Shown: in pieces, positions 17,096 to 27,007 of the stretch
Numbering within the stretch: position 1 is the stretch's first letter
Layout: every line of letters begins with the position of its first letter
Assembly (NCBI GenBank): GCA_031412295.1
Contig: JANOCU010000027.1
Location: 897-64,896, forward strand
DNA: 64,000 nucleotides
DNA from: Bacteroidota bacterium
GTDB taxonomy: Bacteria > Bacteroidota > Bacteroidia > Palsa-965
Direction of reading: 5' to 3'
The notes under the pieces: model-generated
The model's input: the letters and a program-made list of their open reading frames with translations, nothing else
What the model was told of the DNA's origin: nothing
Database searches by the model: none
Position numbers and translations under genes: made by a program

Positions 17096-18402
17096 AAAGT
17101 GTTTTAATCTATACGCATAAGCTCACCAACCGGGCCCGGTATACGTTCCGCCTGTATTTTGGCGAGCTGCTCGGGCTGGAAGTGAAGATGACCGATAAGA
17201 CAGCCGAATTTGCCGCCGCTACCGGACCAAAAGTCAGCTACACCTTACAACCTATAAAAGACGAATTGTTTTTTTATTCGCGGAACCTTCTTTTCGAAAC
17301 CGGCATCAGCGAACAAAATATTTCGGTTTTTAAATGGGAAGGAAATCCTGTGTTTTTTGCAACAGGTAAAACATCTGCTTTTCCTTTTGATCCTTTTGCC
17401 TGCGGGTTTTACCTCATCAGTCGTTACGAAGAATACCTTCCGCACATTCGTGATTCCAATGATCGTTTTGATGCGCATAATAGTCTTGCGTACGAACATA
17501 AATTTCTCGACAAGCCTGTCATCAATGAATGGGCGTTAATGATCCGTGAAAAATTAGCAGAAAAATATCCGGAGCTTAAATTTCCTGCGCGTCATTACCG
17601 TTTTGAGCCAACTATTGATATTGATAATGCATATGCATATCGCCAGAAAGGTTTTATGCGCACGGTTGGTGGTTATGCAAAAGCCCTATTGAATCTCGAC
17701 TTCGATGATGTAAGAATGCGCACGCGTGTTTTAGCGGGATTCCAGCGCGATCCTTATGATACTTATAATTACCAGCTCGAGCTTCAGAAGAAATATTCGC
17801 TTAAGCCCGTTTATTTTTTTCTTGTCGGCGATTATGGTGTGAATGATAAAAATCTTTCTACCCAAAACCGCCGCTTCCGTGAGTTGATCCGCCACATTTC
17901 TGATTATGCAGATGTCGGCGTTCATCCATCGTACGGCTCGAATGCAGATCCATCACGGTTACAAGTTGAAATTTCGCGTTTGAAAAATATTCTTCACCGC
18001 GATATTACAAGAAGTCGCCAGCATTTTCTGATGCTGAAATTTCCGAATACATATCGCAATCTTCTTGAACGTGATATTACAGATGATTATTCAATGGGTT
18101 TTGCAAATGAGATCGGCTTCCGCGCGGGCATCTGCACGCCATTTAATTTTTACGACCTCGATCACGAATCAGAAACAACATTGCGTATCCATCCGTTCGC
18201 AGCAATGGACGCGACGTTAAATTTGTACATGCATTTAACACCCGAACAAGCCACAGAAAAAGTAAAAGAGCTGATCACCGCCACAAGAAAAGTCAACGGC
18301 GTATTTTCATCACTCTGGCATAATGAAACATTAAGCGACGAAAAACAATGGAAAGGCTGGAAAAAAGTTTATGAGAATATTGTAGAGGAAGCGACGAGAT
18401 GA
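17092..18402 (+). CDS. Hypothetical 436-aa protein (possibly carbohydrate-esterase/deacetylase-like); 4-nt overlap with wecB
   Basis: No signal peptide. Translationally coupled to wecB. Conserved His-containing segments (VGVHPSYGS, RIHPFAAMD). No family assigned with confidence. Confidence 0.35.
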   Translation: MKSVLIYTHKLTNRARYTFRLYFGELLGLEVKMTDKTAEFAAATGPKVSYTLQPIKDELFFYSRNLLFETGISEQNISVFKWEGNPVFFATGKTSAFPFDPFACGFYLISRYEEYLPHIRDSNDRFDAHNSLAYEHKFLDKPVINEWALMIREKLAEKYPELKFPARHYRFEPTIDIDNAYAYRQKGFMRTVGGYAKALLNLDFDDVRMRTRVLAGFQRDPYDTYNYQLELQKKYSLKPVYFFLVGDYGVNDKNLSTQNRRFRELIRHISDYADVGVHPSYGSNADPSRLQVEISRLKNILHRDITRSRQHFLMLKFPNTYRNLLERDITDDYSMGFANEIGFRAGICTPFNFYDLDHESETTLRIHPFAAMDATLNLYMHLTPEQATEKVKELITATRKVNGVFSSLWHNETLSDEKQWKGWKKVYENIVEEATR

Positions 18403-18430
18403 GTGCGAAAAACGAAATAAACACAAAAAA

Positions 18431-18542
18431 GTACGAAAACGAAATGGTGCGTAAAACAAGAATATTGAAAATCGGAAGCGTTCGCGAACTTTCACTTTTC
18501 GCCCTTTTTCGCCTTGGTTTCGTTTTTCGTACCCCGCAACTA
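18431..18542. repeat. Inverted repeat GTACGAAAACGAAA ... TTTCGTTTTTCGTAC flanking a roughly 85-bp spacer that contains the GTTCGCGAAC palindrome
   Basis: Direct reading. A related 12-mer AGTACGAAAACG also occurs at 8036..8050 next to the ECF sigma start. Confidence 0.5.
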
Positions 18543-18544
18543 CA

Positions 18545-19459
18545 ATGATAAAGCATCACAGAAGCCATGAAATTGACCGCGAACGATGGGATGAATGCAT
18601 CCGTAAATCGTTTAACGGGATCATTTATGCTTATTCGTGGTACCTCGATGTCGTTTGTCCGGGTTGGGAAGCTTTGGTGGAGGATGAATATAAAAGTGTG
18701 ATGCCGCTTACTCCCGGCAAAAAAATGGGATTTCGTTATTTGTTCCCACCGTTTTTTGTGCAGCAGCTTGGCGTTTTTTCGGTGAATAAGCTGACGGCAG
18801 ACGATGTCCTGAAATTTTTAAAATCCGTTCCTGCTGAGTTTCGTTATGCAGAGATCAATTTAAATACATTTAACAAAGTTGTCGGGAATGAATTTGATTT
18901 CCGTCCGAATCTCACGCATGAGCTTGACCTGATCGAGTCGCATGACCTTCTTAAGAAAGTGTATTCTGATAATGCAAAACGCAATCTTAAAAAAGCGGAG
19001 CAACACAATCTTGTTCCGACCGATTCACCTTCGCGCGAGGCCATCATCACACTTTTCCGCAAGGGCAGGGGCGAAGACGTAAAAGCTTTGCAGGAGCCTC
19101 AGTATGATGTGCTGCGAAAGCTATTACAGGCGTTAGATGCGCGCGGACGATTGCATTCACGCGGTGTGCTGGATACAGAAGGTAATTTGCTTGCCGGCGC
19201 TTTTTTTACTGACGCGAATGGAAAAGTGATCTTTCTTTTTTCCGGTCTGAGTGAAAAAGGAAGGGAAACGGGTGCCATGTTTTACCTGATCGATCGCTTT
19301 ATTATGGCCAATGCCCAGAAGAACCTGGTGCTGGATTTTGAAGGCAGCAACGACCCGCAGCTTGCACGTTTCTATAGAGGATTCGGCGCAAAAGAATGCG
19401 TATATTTGCAGGCGCGCTTTAATCATCTTCCATGGTACATCCGTTGGTATAAATCGTAA
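18545..19459 (+). CDS. FemAB-like / GNAT-fold acyltransferase family protein (hypothetical)
   Basis: 304 aa. Resembles the Bacteroidota 'GNAT family N-acetyltransferase (FemAB-like)' proteins often found near wecB. Weak assignment. Confidence 0.4.
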   Translation: MIKHHRSHEIDRERWDECIRKSFNGIIYAYSWYLDVVCPGWEALVEDEYKSVMPLTPGKKMGFRYLFPPFFVQQLGVFSVNKLTADDVLKFLKSVPAEFRYAEINLNTFNKVVGNEFDFRPNLTHELDLIESHDLLKKVYSDNAKRNLKKAEQHNLVPTDSPSREAIITLFRKGRGEDVKALQEPQYDVLRKLLQALDARGRLHSRGVLDTEGNLLAGAFFTDANGKVIFLFSGLSEKGRETGAMFYLIDRFIMANAQKNLVLDFEGSNDPQLARFYRGFGAKECVYLQARFNHLPWYIRWYKS

Positions 19460-19484
19460 AACGCGACAAAAGAAAATTCACTTT

Positions 19485-20132
19485 ATGATTAATGATCTCA
19501 GCAAACAGTCGTCAGTACTAAATATGTACATGGCGGAATTACGTGATATTAATGTTCAGCAGGACAGCATGCGTTTTCGTACGAACATCGAACGTATCGG
19601 TGCGATCATGGCGTATGAGATCAGTAAAAAGATGGAATATGTGGTACAGGAAGTGACCACACCTCTTGGTATTGCACAGGTTCCGGTTTTGAAAAATCAG
19701 CCTGTGATTGCAACTATTCTGCGTGCAGGACTTCCGCTTCATAATGGAATGCTGGGCGTGCTTGATAAAGCTGAGAATGCTTTTATCTCTGCATTCCGTC
19801 ATCATCATAAAGATGGCACATTCGAAGTGCATGTTGATTATATGGCTTGTCCGAATCTTGAAGGAAAAGAATTGATCCTTTGCGATCCGATGCTTGCTAC
19901 AGGAACTTCTATGGTGCTTACTTACCAGGCATTATTGCGTCGCGGCAAACCAAAACATATTCATGTTGTATCCGTTGTTTCCAGCATGTTCGGAATTGAT
20001 TACGTCAGGAAAAATCTTCCTGAAAATTGCAGCATCTGGACTTGCGCGGTAGATGAAGAGCTCACTGCACAATCATACATTGTTCCGGGTCTTGGTGATG
20101 CAGGCGACCTGGCTTATGGAGTAAAGCTTTAA
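19485..20132 (+). CDS. upp: Uracil phosphoribosyltransferase
   Basis: PRPP-binding motif LCDPMLATGTS, 215 aa. It is the internal ATG at 19485 (MINDLSKQ...) of the listed 19311..20132 ORF. Confidence 0.9.
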   Translation: MINDLSKQSSVLNMYMAELRDINVQQDSMRFRTNIERIGAIMAYEISKKMEYVVQEVTTPLGIAQVPVLKNQPVIATILRAGLPLHNGMLGVLDKAENAFISAFRHHHKDGTFEVHVDYMACPNLEGKELILCDPMLATGTSMVLTYQALLRRGKPKHIHVVSVVSSMFGIDYVRKNLPENCSIWTCAVDEELTAQSYIVPGLGDAGDLAYGVKL

Positions 20133-20135
20133 TAA

Positions 20136-20651
20136 ATGAATGAAATTGACATTAAATACTGGCTGGAGGTTTTAGAGGTCGGATTGATTGCAAGCGTCAA
20201 ATTTCTTTTAGCGCCTTTTGAAGCGGAACGTTACCATTTTACTTTCTGGGAATCATTTACAGTAACTACTATCGGTGGAATTGTTGGCGTTTTTGCATTT
20301 TATTATGCAGGAACAAAAATAGCTGCGTGGTGGCGACATATCATGGCATTGATCAAATCGATTTTTTCGAGAAAGTCTGTTGAAACGCTTGAGAAAAAAG
20401 AGCCGAGAAGATTTACGCGCGGAAGAAGATTTATTATTAAGGTGAAAAGAAATTTCGGTCTTGTAGGAGTTGCTTTTGTTACGCCCTGCATCATCTCCAT
20501 CCCGATCGGAACAATGATCGGTGGCAATTTTTATAAAAAGCGAAAAGGTGTGCTGCTTTATTTTATAGGATCGGTAATTCTATGGTCGTTTATCCTTAAC
20601 GGACTTGCGCAATATCTGTCGCTGTCGCAATACATTCCAACAAAACCTTAA
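20136..20651 (+). CDS. Small hypothetical membrane protein (2-4 TM helices)
   Basis: Hydrophobic segments. Starts 4 nt after upp. Confidence 0.4.
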   Translation: MNEIDIKYWLEVLEVGLIASVKFLLAPFEAERYHFTFWESFTVTTIGGIVGVFAFYYAGTKIAAWWRHIMALIKSIFSRKSVETLEKKEPRRFTRGRRFIIKVKRNFGLVGVAFVTPCIISIPIGTMIGGNFYKKRKGVLLYFIGSVILWSFILNGLAQYLSLSQYIPTKP

Positions 20652-20652
20652 C

Positions 20653-21354
20653 ATGTCTTCGTATCGTCACTTGTTTTTTGATCTTGATCGCACATTGTGG
20701 GATATGGAGCGAAACGCAAGAGAAACGCTTGCTGAATTGTTTGTGCATTATGGATTGCAGGCAAGAGGAATTGAATCGCCGGAACTATTTATTGAGCATT
20801 ATAACCGTTATAATGATTTGTTGTGGGATCGTTATCGCCGCAAATTAATTGACAAAGCCACATTGCGTGCATTACGATTCAAACAAACGCTCGCACATTT
20901 AGGCGTGCATGATAATAAGCTGGCGGATCAATTTGATCTCGATTATATTTCCGAAGCGCCGAAGAAAAAAAATCTTGTTCCCGGTACGATTGAATTGCTT
21001 GATCTGCTCAAGGATAATTTCCGGCTGCATATTATTACCAATGGATTCCCGGAAGTGCAGCATCATAAAATAGCGAATGGCGGATTGAAAGATTATTTTG
21101 ATATAATTATTACTTCCGAAGGTTGTGGCTTTTCAAAACCGGATCATCGCATTTACAAACACGCATTAAAAAAATCAGGAAGCAAGAAAGAAGAAGCGTT
21201 GATGATCGGTGATGATCTGCATTGCGATATTATTGGTGCAAGAGAAGCAGGCTGGCACCAGGTATTTTTTAATCCGGCAAAAGGCTTTCACGGAGAAGAA
21301 GTGACGTACGAAATTTCTGATTTGATGGAGTTGAAAAGTATTGTTTTTAAATAG
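20653..21354 (+). CDS. HAD-superfamily hydrolase, YjjG-like noncanonical pyrimidine 5'-nucleotidase
   Basis: HAD motif I FFDLDRTLWD, motif IV GDD. It is the internal ATG at 20653 (MSSYRHLFFDLD) of the listed ORF. Confidence 0.7.
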   Translation: MSSYRHLFFDLDRTLWDMERNARETLAELFVHYGLQARGIESPELFIEHYNRYNDLLWDRYRRKLIDKATLRALRFKQTLAHLGVHDNKLADQFDLDYISEAPKKKNLVPGTIELLDLLKDNFRLHIITNGFPEVQHHKIANGGLKDYFDIIITSEGCGFSKPDHRIYKHALKKSGSKKEEALMIGDDLHCDIIGAREAGWHQVFFNPAKGFHGEEVTYEISDLMELKSIVFK

Positions 21355-21360
21355 CATCAA

Positions 21361-21822
21361 TTGACTACGATACATTTAAAAACAATCATTGCAGCAAAAA
21401 TCGATGTTTGTTTTGACCTCGCACGCGACATTGACATGCATATGCTTTCTGCCGGGAAAACTAAGGAAAAAGCAATAGCCGGAAAAACAACAGGACTTTT
21501 TGAACCCGGTGAAACTGTTACGTGGCAAGCAAAACACTTTGGAATTACGCAACAGCTTACTGTGGAAATGACAGATATCAAAAGACCATTTTATTTCGAA
21601 GACCGCATGCTGAAAGGCGCTTTTAAAAGTATGAAACACCGTCACAGTTTTGAAGAAATGGATGGTAATACGATAATGACGGATAGGTTTGAATATGAAG
21701 TGCCTTTTGGAATTTTCGGGAAGCTATTTGATAAAATTATTTTGAAAAGCTACATGATGAAATTTATTTCAGAGCGAAATAAAATAGTAAAGACAATTGC
21801 TGAAAATCGTTCTTCTTTGTAA
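21361..21822 (+). CDS. SRPBCC (Bet v1/START-like) family protein
   Basis: 153 aa, size and helix-grip-like pattern. Weak. Confidence 0.45.
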   Translation: MTTIHLKTIIAAKIDVCFDLARDIDMHMLSAGKTKEKAIAGKTTGLFEPGETVTWQAKHFGITQQLTVEMTDIKRPFYFEDRMLKGAFKSMKHRHSFEEMDGNTIMTDRFEYEVPFGIFGKLFDKIILKSYMMKFISERNKIVKTIAENRSSL

Positions 21823-21830
21823 ATTCATTC

Positions 21831-22151
21831 ATGGTTTCAATTGAAACATTCCGCCAGCTCGCACTTTCATTTCCCGATGCAGTCGAATTGCCGCATTTTG
21901 AGTTGATCTCTTTTCGTGCAAAGAACAAAAAGATATTTGCAACGCTCGACGCCCAAAATAACCGCGCCTGCCTGATGCTTTCTCCTGTAGATCAGTCTGT
22001 CTTTTGTGCTTACGATAAAACAATTATTTATCCTGTTCCGAATAAATGGGGAACGCAGGGCGCAACTTATTTCGAGCTGAAAAAAGTCCGTAAAGGTGTT
22101 CTGAAGGATGGATTAACCCAATCGTTCAACAGGATAATTTCTAAAAAGTAG
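21831..22151 (+). CDS. MmcQ/YjbR-family protein
   Basis: 106 aa, MVSIETFRQLALSFPDAVELPHF... typical of the YjbR family. Confidence 0.55.
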   Translation: MVSIETFRQLALSFPDAVELPHFELISFRAKNKKIFATLDAQNNRACLMLSPVDQSVFCAYDKTIIYPVPNKWGTQGATYFELKKVRKGVLKDGLTQSFNRIISKK

Positions 22152-22162
22152 CCGGAGTTTAC

Positions 22163-22200
22163 AGCAAAAAAAAGTCCCGCAAGAAGCAGGACTTTCATTT
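22163..22200. terminator. Bidirectional terminator (A9 - AAAGTCCCGC/GCAGGACTTT hairpin - T-rich)
   Basis: 9/10-bp stem with a 5-nt loop between convergent genes. Confidence 0.6.
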
Positions 22201-22212
22201 ACAATATCTAAA

Positions 22213-22229
22213 CTGACTACTGACTACTG
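22213..22229. repeat. (TACTGAC)2.5 array one nucleotide from the stop codon of the 22231..22698 gene; same 16-mer as at 52142..52163
   Basis: ctgactactgactactg. Confidence 0.6.
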
Positions 22230-22230
22230 T

Positions 22231-22698
22231 TTATTTGTACCCGAGCATCATCACCACACATTCGGAGGGTGGCAAAGAATCAGATACAGCCGGCAAGTCA
22301 TAATCAACAAAGAACTTCGACTTAACACCTTCCGGAATGTAGGTGTGAATTTTTTCTGCAGAAGTAGCAATGAAGGAATACAATTCTTTGCGGCCTTTTG
22401 CTTCTTTCTCTTTATTGTAAACCGAAATTTTTACCGGGCGGGTAAGCGCTTCTGTATTCCAAACCACCTTATATTTTTCGCCAATGAAAAGCGGAACTTC
22501 CAGCTCTTTCATTGCTACTTTTTTCTTGTAATAAAGACGGGTCAGTTTGCCTGAATCATATTTGTACGGATCAAGCGCAGCTTTTGCATTATCCTTAAGG
22601 GTTTTTGCATCGCAGGTATCATCAGCCTGGATAAATGCACACGTAAGCGATATCAAAAGAACGGAAATGGGTAAGAGCAAAAGTGTTATACGTTTCAT
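22231..22698 (-). CDS. Hypothetical secreted protein (signal peptide)
   Basis: MKRITLLLLPISVLLISLTCA signal. Confidence 0.45.
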   Translation of the reverse strand: MKRITLLLLPISVLLISLTCAFIQADDTCDAKTLKDNAKAALDPYKYDSGKLTRLYYKKKVAMKELEVPLFIGEKYKVVWNTEALTRPVKISVYNKEKEAKGRKELYSFIATSAEKIHTYIPEGVKSKFFVDYDLPAVSDSLPPSECVVMMLGYK

Positions 22699-22735
22699 GA
22701 GGGGAGGGTTTGAATGGGGTTATTCGTTTTTTGGG

Positions 22736-23593
22736 TTATCCGTTTACTATTTTCTGACGGAGGGTTTCAATTTTGGTGATCACGACTTCAATTTCTTCTT
22801 TGGTCGGAATCGCTTCTTCAAATTCCAGCTCCGGGTTTGCTTTCAGCTTCTTCATCGTCGGCATAGCGTCAATCGCATCCTGGATGATTTGCATATCAGC
22901 AATCAAACCGGTGATGTTCGGATCTTTCGCTTCGTATACTTTCAGTTCTTCAATGATGCTTTTCGAAACTGCCATTTGCTGAAAAAGCGCCTGCACAATT
23001 TTATCATTGCCGTCTTTACGGTAAACCTGTCCGCCTATGTACATCGACTCAATCCATGCACCTGCAAAAATAACGCCGTACAATTCGCTCTGCTGATTTT
23101 CACCCAGCTGCTGATCGGTCTGAAACTGGATTTCAGCTATGATAGTTCCAAGAGAATCTTCGTTATTAATGTTTTTATTAAAACGCTCGTAAAGGGTAGA
23201 TGAATCAAATACTTTACCGAGGTTGATTTTCGTTCCTATTTCACGTATCGTTTTAAGAAATTGCAAACCTTCATTCGTCTGCTTGTTCAGCACACAATAC
23301 GCCATATCCGCACTATAAACTCCCATATTCTGTGCACGCACAAAAGTGGTAGAGTAATTAGAAGCCTTATCCACGCCATTGGTAATTCCCGGCAAATATT
23401 TAAGACCCGAACGCTTAAACATAGCAGCCACACGAAGCGGCGAAGGCAGTGAAGAATTCGACTCAGGAGCTTCAACTGTTGCAACTACCGAATCTTCTTT
23501 CGGCAATGTATCAGTCCCTTCCGCAGAAGGATCATTGCTGCAGGAAATCGCAAAAAATACAGGAATCAGGGCAGCTAATCGTAGTTTTGTCAT
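22736..23593 (-). CDS. Hypothetical lipoprotein
   Basis: Likely start MTKLRLAALIPVFFAISCS (lipobox). The listed ORF extends 15 codons further upstream. Confidence 0.45.
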   Translation of the reverse strand: MTKLRLAALIPVFFAISCSNDPSAEGTDTLPKEDSVVATVEAPESNSSLPSPLRVAAMFKRSGLKYLPGITNGVDKASNYSTTFVRAQNMGVYSADMAYCVLNKQTNEGLQFLKTIREIGTKINLGKVFDSSTLYERFNKNINNEDSLGTIIAEIQFQTDQQLGENQQSELYGVIFAGAWIESMYIGGQVYRKDGNDKIVQALFQQMAVSKSIIEELKVYEAKDPNITGLIADMQIIQDAIDAMPTMKKLKANPELEFEEAIPTKEEIEVVITKIETLRQKIVNG

Positions 23594-23953
23594 AGTGGGG
23601 TTGTTTTTAACAGCTGCAAAGGTAGAAAAATCAGCCAATTAGCAAGTTTTTAACGGTGTTTAGGAGGAGTTGGGCGGTTTGATTTTTAGTCCTGTAGGGA
23701 CGACACTTTTGTAACAAAAACAATCTATACCCTATCCTAAGCCCTGTAGGGGCGAAATTTTCTCCACGCGTATTGCCTGTGCAGGAGAAGTGCGTGATTC
23801 GCTTTGCCACGATTTACTTGTAGGTAATTGTTAATTTTTGCCTGAACAGCACTTGCCCGGGCATCTCCTTTTTTTCCTCCTAAACCATTCGCCCCCCGTC
23901 CCTTTTTTCCTTACTTTTACCTGCTCTAAAAAAAATCCGCAATACCAAACCAT

Positions 23954-26080
23954 ATGAAAAAAAGTGCTCTGCTGCTTGCTCCCCTTTTTCTGCTTGCAGC
24001 TACTTCATTTGCCCAGGTTAAAACCACACCGGCAGTTCCACTAGCTACGCCCACCGACGCAAACGATCCTATTCTCATGACCATCGGTGATACGAAAGTT
24101 CATCTTTCCGAATTCATGTACGTCTACAAGAAAAATAATAAAGACCAGGCTAACGATCCGGCAGCGCTCGAAAACTATCTCGACCTCTTCACCACTTTTA
24201 AAATGAAAGTGAAAGAAGCTGAAGATATGCAGCTCGATACTTCAATCACTTTTAAGAATGAGCTTGCAGGTTACCGTCACCAGGTAGCGCAACCTTACCT
24301 CACCGATAAAAAAGTGAACGACAGCCTGCTCATGGAAGCTTATAACCGCATGCAATATGATGTGCGCGCAAGCCATGTCCTGATCCGCTGTGATGAAAAT
24401 GCGCTTCCTTCTGATACCGTTATCGCATATGCAAAAGCAACGATCATCCAGTCACTCCTCACCGGCAAAGCGAATGCGAAAATGATCAGCGATTACGAAG
24501 CAAAGCTGAAAACGAAATTCAAGATCACAAAAACATCTCCGGCTTCTGATACCATGAAGGTTTACAATTTTGTAAATCCACTTCGCCAGCTCGAACGCAA
24601 ATACCGCGGCAAACCGGCACCGTTTGAAGAAGTAGCTTCAATGACTTCAGAAGACGAATCAGCAAGACAAAACAAAGGCGATCTTGGATATTTTACTGCT
24701 TTTTCAATGGTGTACCCGTTTGAAACTGCTGTTTACAATACGCCGGTAGGAAAAGTTGGCAGCACCATTCGCACACGTTTCGGTTACCACGTAGTAAAAG
24801 TTATTGATCGCCGCCCTGCAATGGGAGAAATTCTTGTTTCGCACATCATGATCAAAGCGCCGGACGGAATGATTCCGGCAGATTCTATTGCTGCCGCTGC
24901 AAAAGCGCAGGAGATCTTCGCCAAAGTAAAAGCGGGTGAAGACTTCGCAACACTTGCAAAGAATTTTTCTGATGATAAACCATCTGCTGCAAACGGCGGA
25001 CAATTGCCATGGTTCGGTCTTTACAAAATGCCACAATCATTTGAGAAAGCCGCATTCGCAATACCGAATAACGGTGAATACACAGAGCCGATCAAAACTG
25101 CCTGGGGCTGGCACATCATCAAACGCATGGACAAACGCGGCATCGCAAGCTACGAGTCTATGAAAAACGATTTAAAAAGCCGTGTCAGTCGTGATCAGCG
25201 TGCTATGCAGGGGCGTTCTTCCCTCATTGCAAAAGTAAAAGCGGAAAATAAATTCGTAGAATTTCCTTCTGCAAAAACAGAAATGTACAAATTCGTTGAC
25301 AGCACCTATTACCAGGGCCGCTGGTCATCTATCCGTATGAAGGGAATGAATAAAGTGTTGTTTACAATCGGAACAACCAGCTACACACAGCAGGATTTTG
25401 CAGTGTACCTCGAAATGCACCAGACACGCCGCGCGAAAGCTGATGGAAAAACACTGGTTGAAGAAGCCTACAAGAATTTCGTTGATGAAGCATGTGTTGC
25501 TTATGAAGATTCTTTGCTCGAATCGAAATATCCTGATTTCCGCAACCTCATGCAGGAATACCGCGACGGAATTTTGTTGTTCGATCTTATGGACAAAAAG
25601 GTTTGGTCTAAAGCAGTGAAAGACACAACAGGTCTGCGTAACTATTACGACGGAAACAAAACCAAATACATGTGGGCTGAACGTGCTGATGCAACGATTT
25701 ATTCCTGCAAAGACGCTGCAACTGCAAAGAAGCTTCGCAAAATGCTGAAGCAGGGGAAAGATGAAAAAACAATTCTTGCAACGCTTAACAAAGATTCACA
25801 GCTGAATGTAACTGCTGAGCATAAAACCTGGAACAAAGGCGAGAACGCAATGGTTGATGCAAATTGGAAAGCAGGAGTTTCTGCAGACCAGGCAAAAGAC
25901 GGACGCGTTGTGATCGTTTCTACAGCAACTATTATTCCGCCTACTCCGAAATCATTGCAGGAAGCACGTGGCGTTATTACTTCAGATTACCAGAGCCAGC
26001 TCGAAAAAGAGTGGGTGGAAAGCCTGAAGAAAAAATATCCTGTTGTCATCAACAGAGATGTTCTTAAACAAGTAAAATAA
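23954..26080 (+). CDS. Periplasmic peptidylprolyl isomerase, large PpiC/parvulin-type (SurA-like)
   Basis: Signal peptide. Parvulin motif FGYHVVKVIDRRPA. Second parvulin-like region GWHIIKR. Confidence 0.8.
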   Translation: MKKSALLLAPLFLLAATSFAQVKTTPAVPLATPTDANDPILMTIGDTKVHLSEFMYVYKKNNKDQANDPAALENYLDLFTTFKMKVKEAEDMQLDTSITFKNELAGYRHQVAQPYLTDKKVNDSLLMEAYNRMQYDVRASHVLIRCDENALPSDTVIAYAKATIIQSLLTGKANAKMISDYEAKLKTKFKITKTSPASDTMKVYNFVNPLRQLERKYRGKPAPFEEVASMTSEDESARQNKGDLGYFTAFSMVYPFETAVYNTPVGKVGSTIRTRFGYHVVKVIDRRPAMGEILVSHIMIKAPDGMIPADSIAAAAKAQEIFAKVKAGEDFATLAKNFSDDKPSAANGGQLPWFGLYKMPQSFEKAAFAIPNNGEYTEPIKTAWGWHIIKRMDKRGIASYESMKNDLKSRVSRDQRAMQGRSSLIAKVKAENKFVEFPSAKTEMYKFVDSTYYQGRWSSIRMKGMNKVLFTIGTTSYTQQDFAVYLEMHQTRRAKADGKTLVEEAYKNFVDEACVAYEDSLLESKYPDFRNLMQEYRDGILLFDLMDKKVWSKAVKDTTGLRNYYDGNKTKYMWAERADATIYSCKDAATAKKLRKMLKQGKDEKTILATLNKDSQLNVTAEHKTWNKGENAMVDANWKAGVSADQAKDGRVVIVSTATIIPPTPKSLQEARGVITSDYQSQLEKEWVESLKKKYPVVINRDVLKQVK

Positions 26081-26089
26081 TTTTCCTGC

Positions 26090-27001
26090 ATGGCCGGATG
26101 GACCCGCAATTTCCCGGACAGGCAACGATTTAAGCTTGCCAGCGTCTTCCTAAAGGGGACGCTGGTTCTCTTTTTGGCAGGTTCCTGTACCCCGCAGGCA
26201 GATGCTCCAAACCAGGTTGACAAAGGAAAAATATTGGCGCGCGTGTTTGAATACAAATTGTATGCTTCTGATCTCAGCAATGTAATTCCGGCAGGGATTC
26301 CGCCTGATGACAGTGCCCGCCGTGCCGAAAATTTTATCAATTCATGGGTGAAGGATAAATTGCTCGTGCATAAAGCCGAAACAAATCTTGGCAGTGAGCA
26401 GAAAAATGTGGAGCAACAATTGCAGGATTACCGCAACTCGCTCATCATCTATGCCTACGAAAAGGAATTGGTGCGCCAGCGGCTTGATACAATTGTTACC
26501 GACGAAATGATCAAAAAGTATTATGATGAGCATCCGAATGATTTTGAGCTCAAGAACAATATTCTGAAGGTTGTTTACGTACGTGTAGATAAGAAAGCGC
26601 CGAATATTACAAAGCTTAAAAATCTTATCCAGTCAGACCGGCCGCAGGATCGTGTAGAGCTGGAAAGCTATTGCAAACAGTTCGGACAGAATTATTTTCT
26701 CGATGATAATGTATGGCTGCTGTTTGATGACCTGTTGAAAGAAGTGCCGATTGAAACGTATAACAAAGAATTATTTCTTCAGAATAATAAGTTTGTTGAG
26801 CTCGCCGATTCTTCCAGCTTTTATTTCGTGAATATCAAAGGTGTGATGACAAGAAATTCGCATTCACCACTGGCGTTTGAAAAAGAAAATATCCGCAACA
26901 TCATTCTCAACCAGCGTAAAAGAGAAATGATCGAACAATTGCATACCGACCTTTACAAAGAGGCGATGGAAAATAAAGACATTGAAATTTACCGTAAATA
27001 A
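26090..27001 (+). CDS. Hypothetical lipoprotein between the two PPIase genes
   Basis: Lipobox LFLAGSC. 9 nt after the upstream gene. Confidence 0.45.
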   Translation: MAGWTRNFPDRQRFKLASVFLKGTLVLFLAGSCTPQADAPNQVDKGKILARVFEYKLYASDLSNVIPAGIPPDDSARRAENFINSWVKDKLLVHKAETNLGSEQKNVEQQLQDYRNSLIIYAYEKELVRQRLDTIVTDEMIKKYYDEHPNDFELKNNILKVVYVRVDKKAPNITKLKNLIQSDRPQDRVELESYCKQFGQNYFLDDNVWLLFDDLLKEVPIETYNKELFLQNNKFVELADSSSFYFVNIKGVMTRNSHSPLAFEKENIRNIILNQRKREMIEQLHTDLYKEAMENKDIEIYRK

Positions 27002-27007
27002 AAAATC

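Noticed and set aside
22547-23203. 218-aa plus-strand ORF
   Set aside because: It lies entirely antisense to the 22736..23593 lipoprotein gene and the end of the 22231..22698 gene. Its composition is low-complexity (F/N/R-rich) and it has no recognisable motifs, so it is probably a shadow ORF.
23640-23953. Possible small RNA or riboswitch upstream of the large PPIase gene (repeated CCTGTAGGG motifs)
   Set aside because: Only two short imperfect direct repeats and no convincing conserved secondary structure could be derived by eye, so it is left as an ordinary long 5' region.
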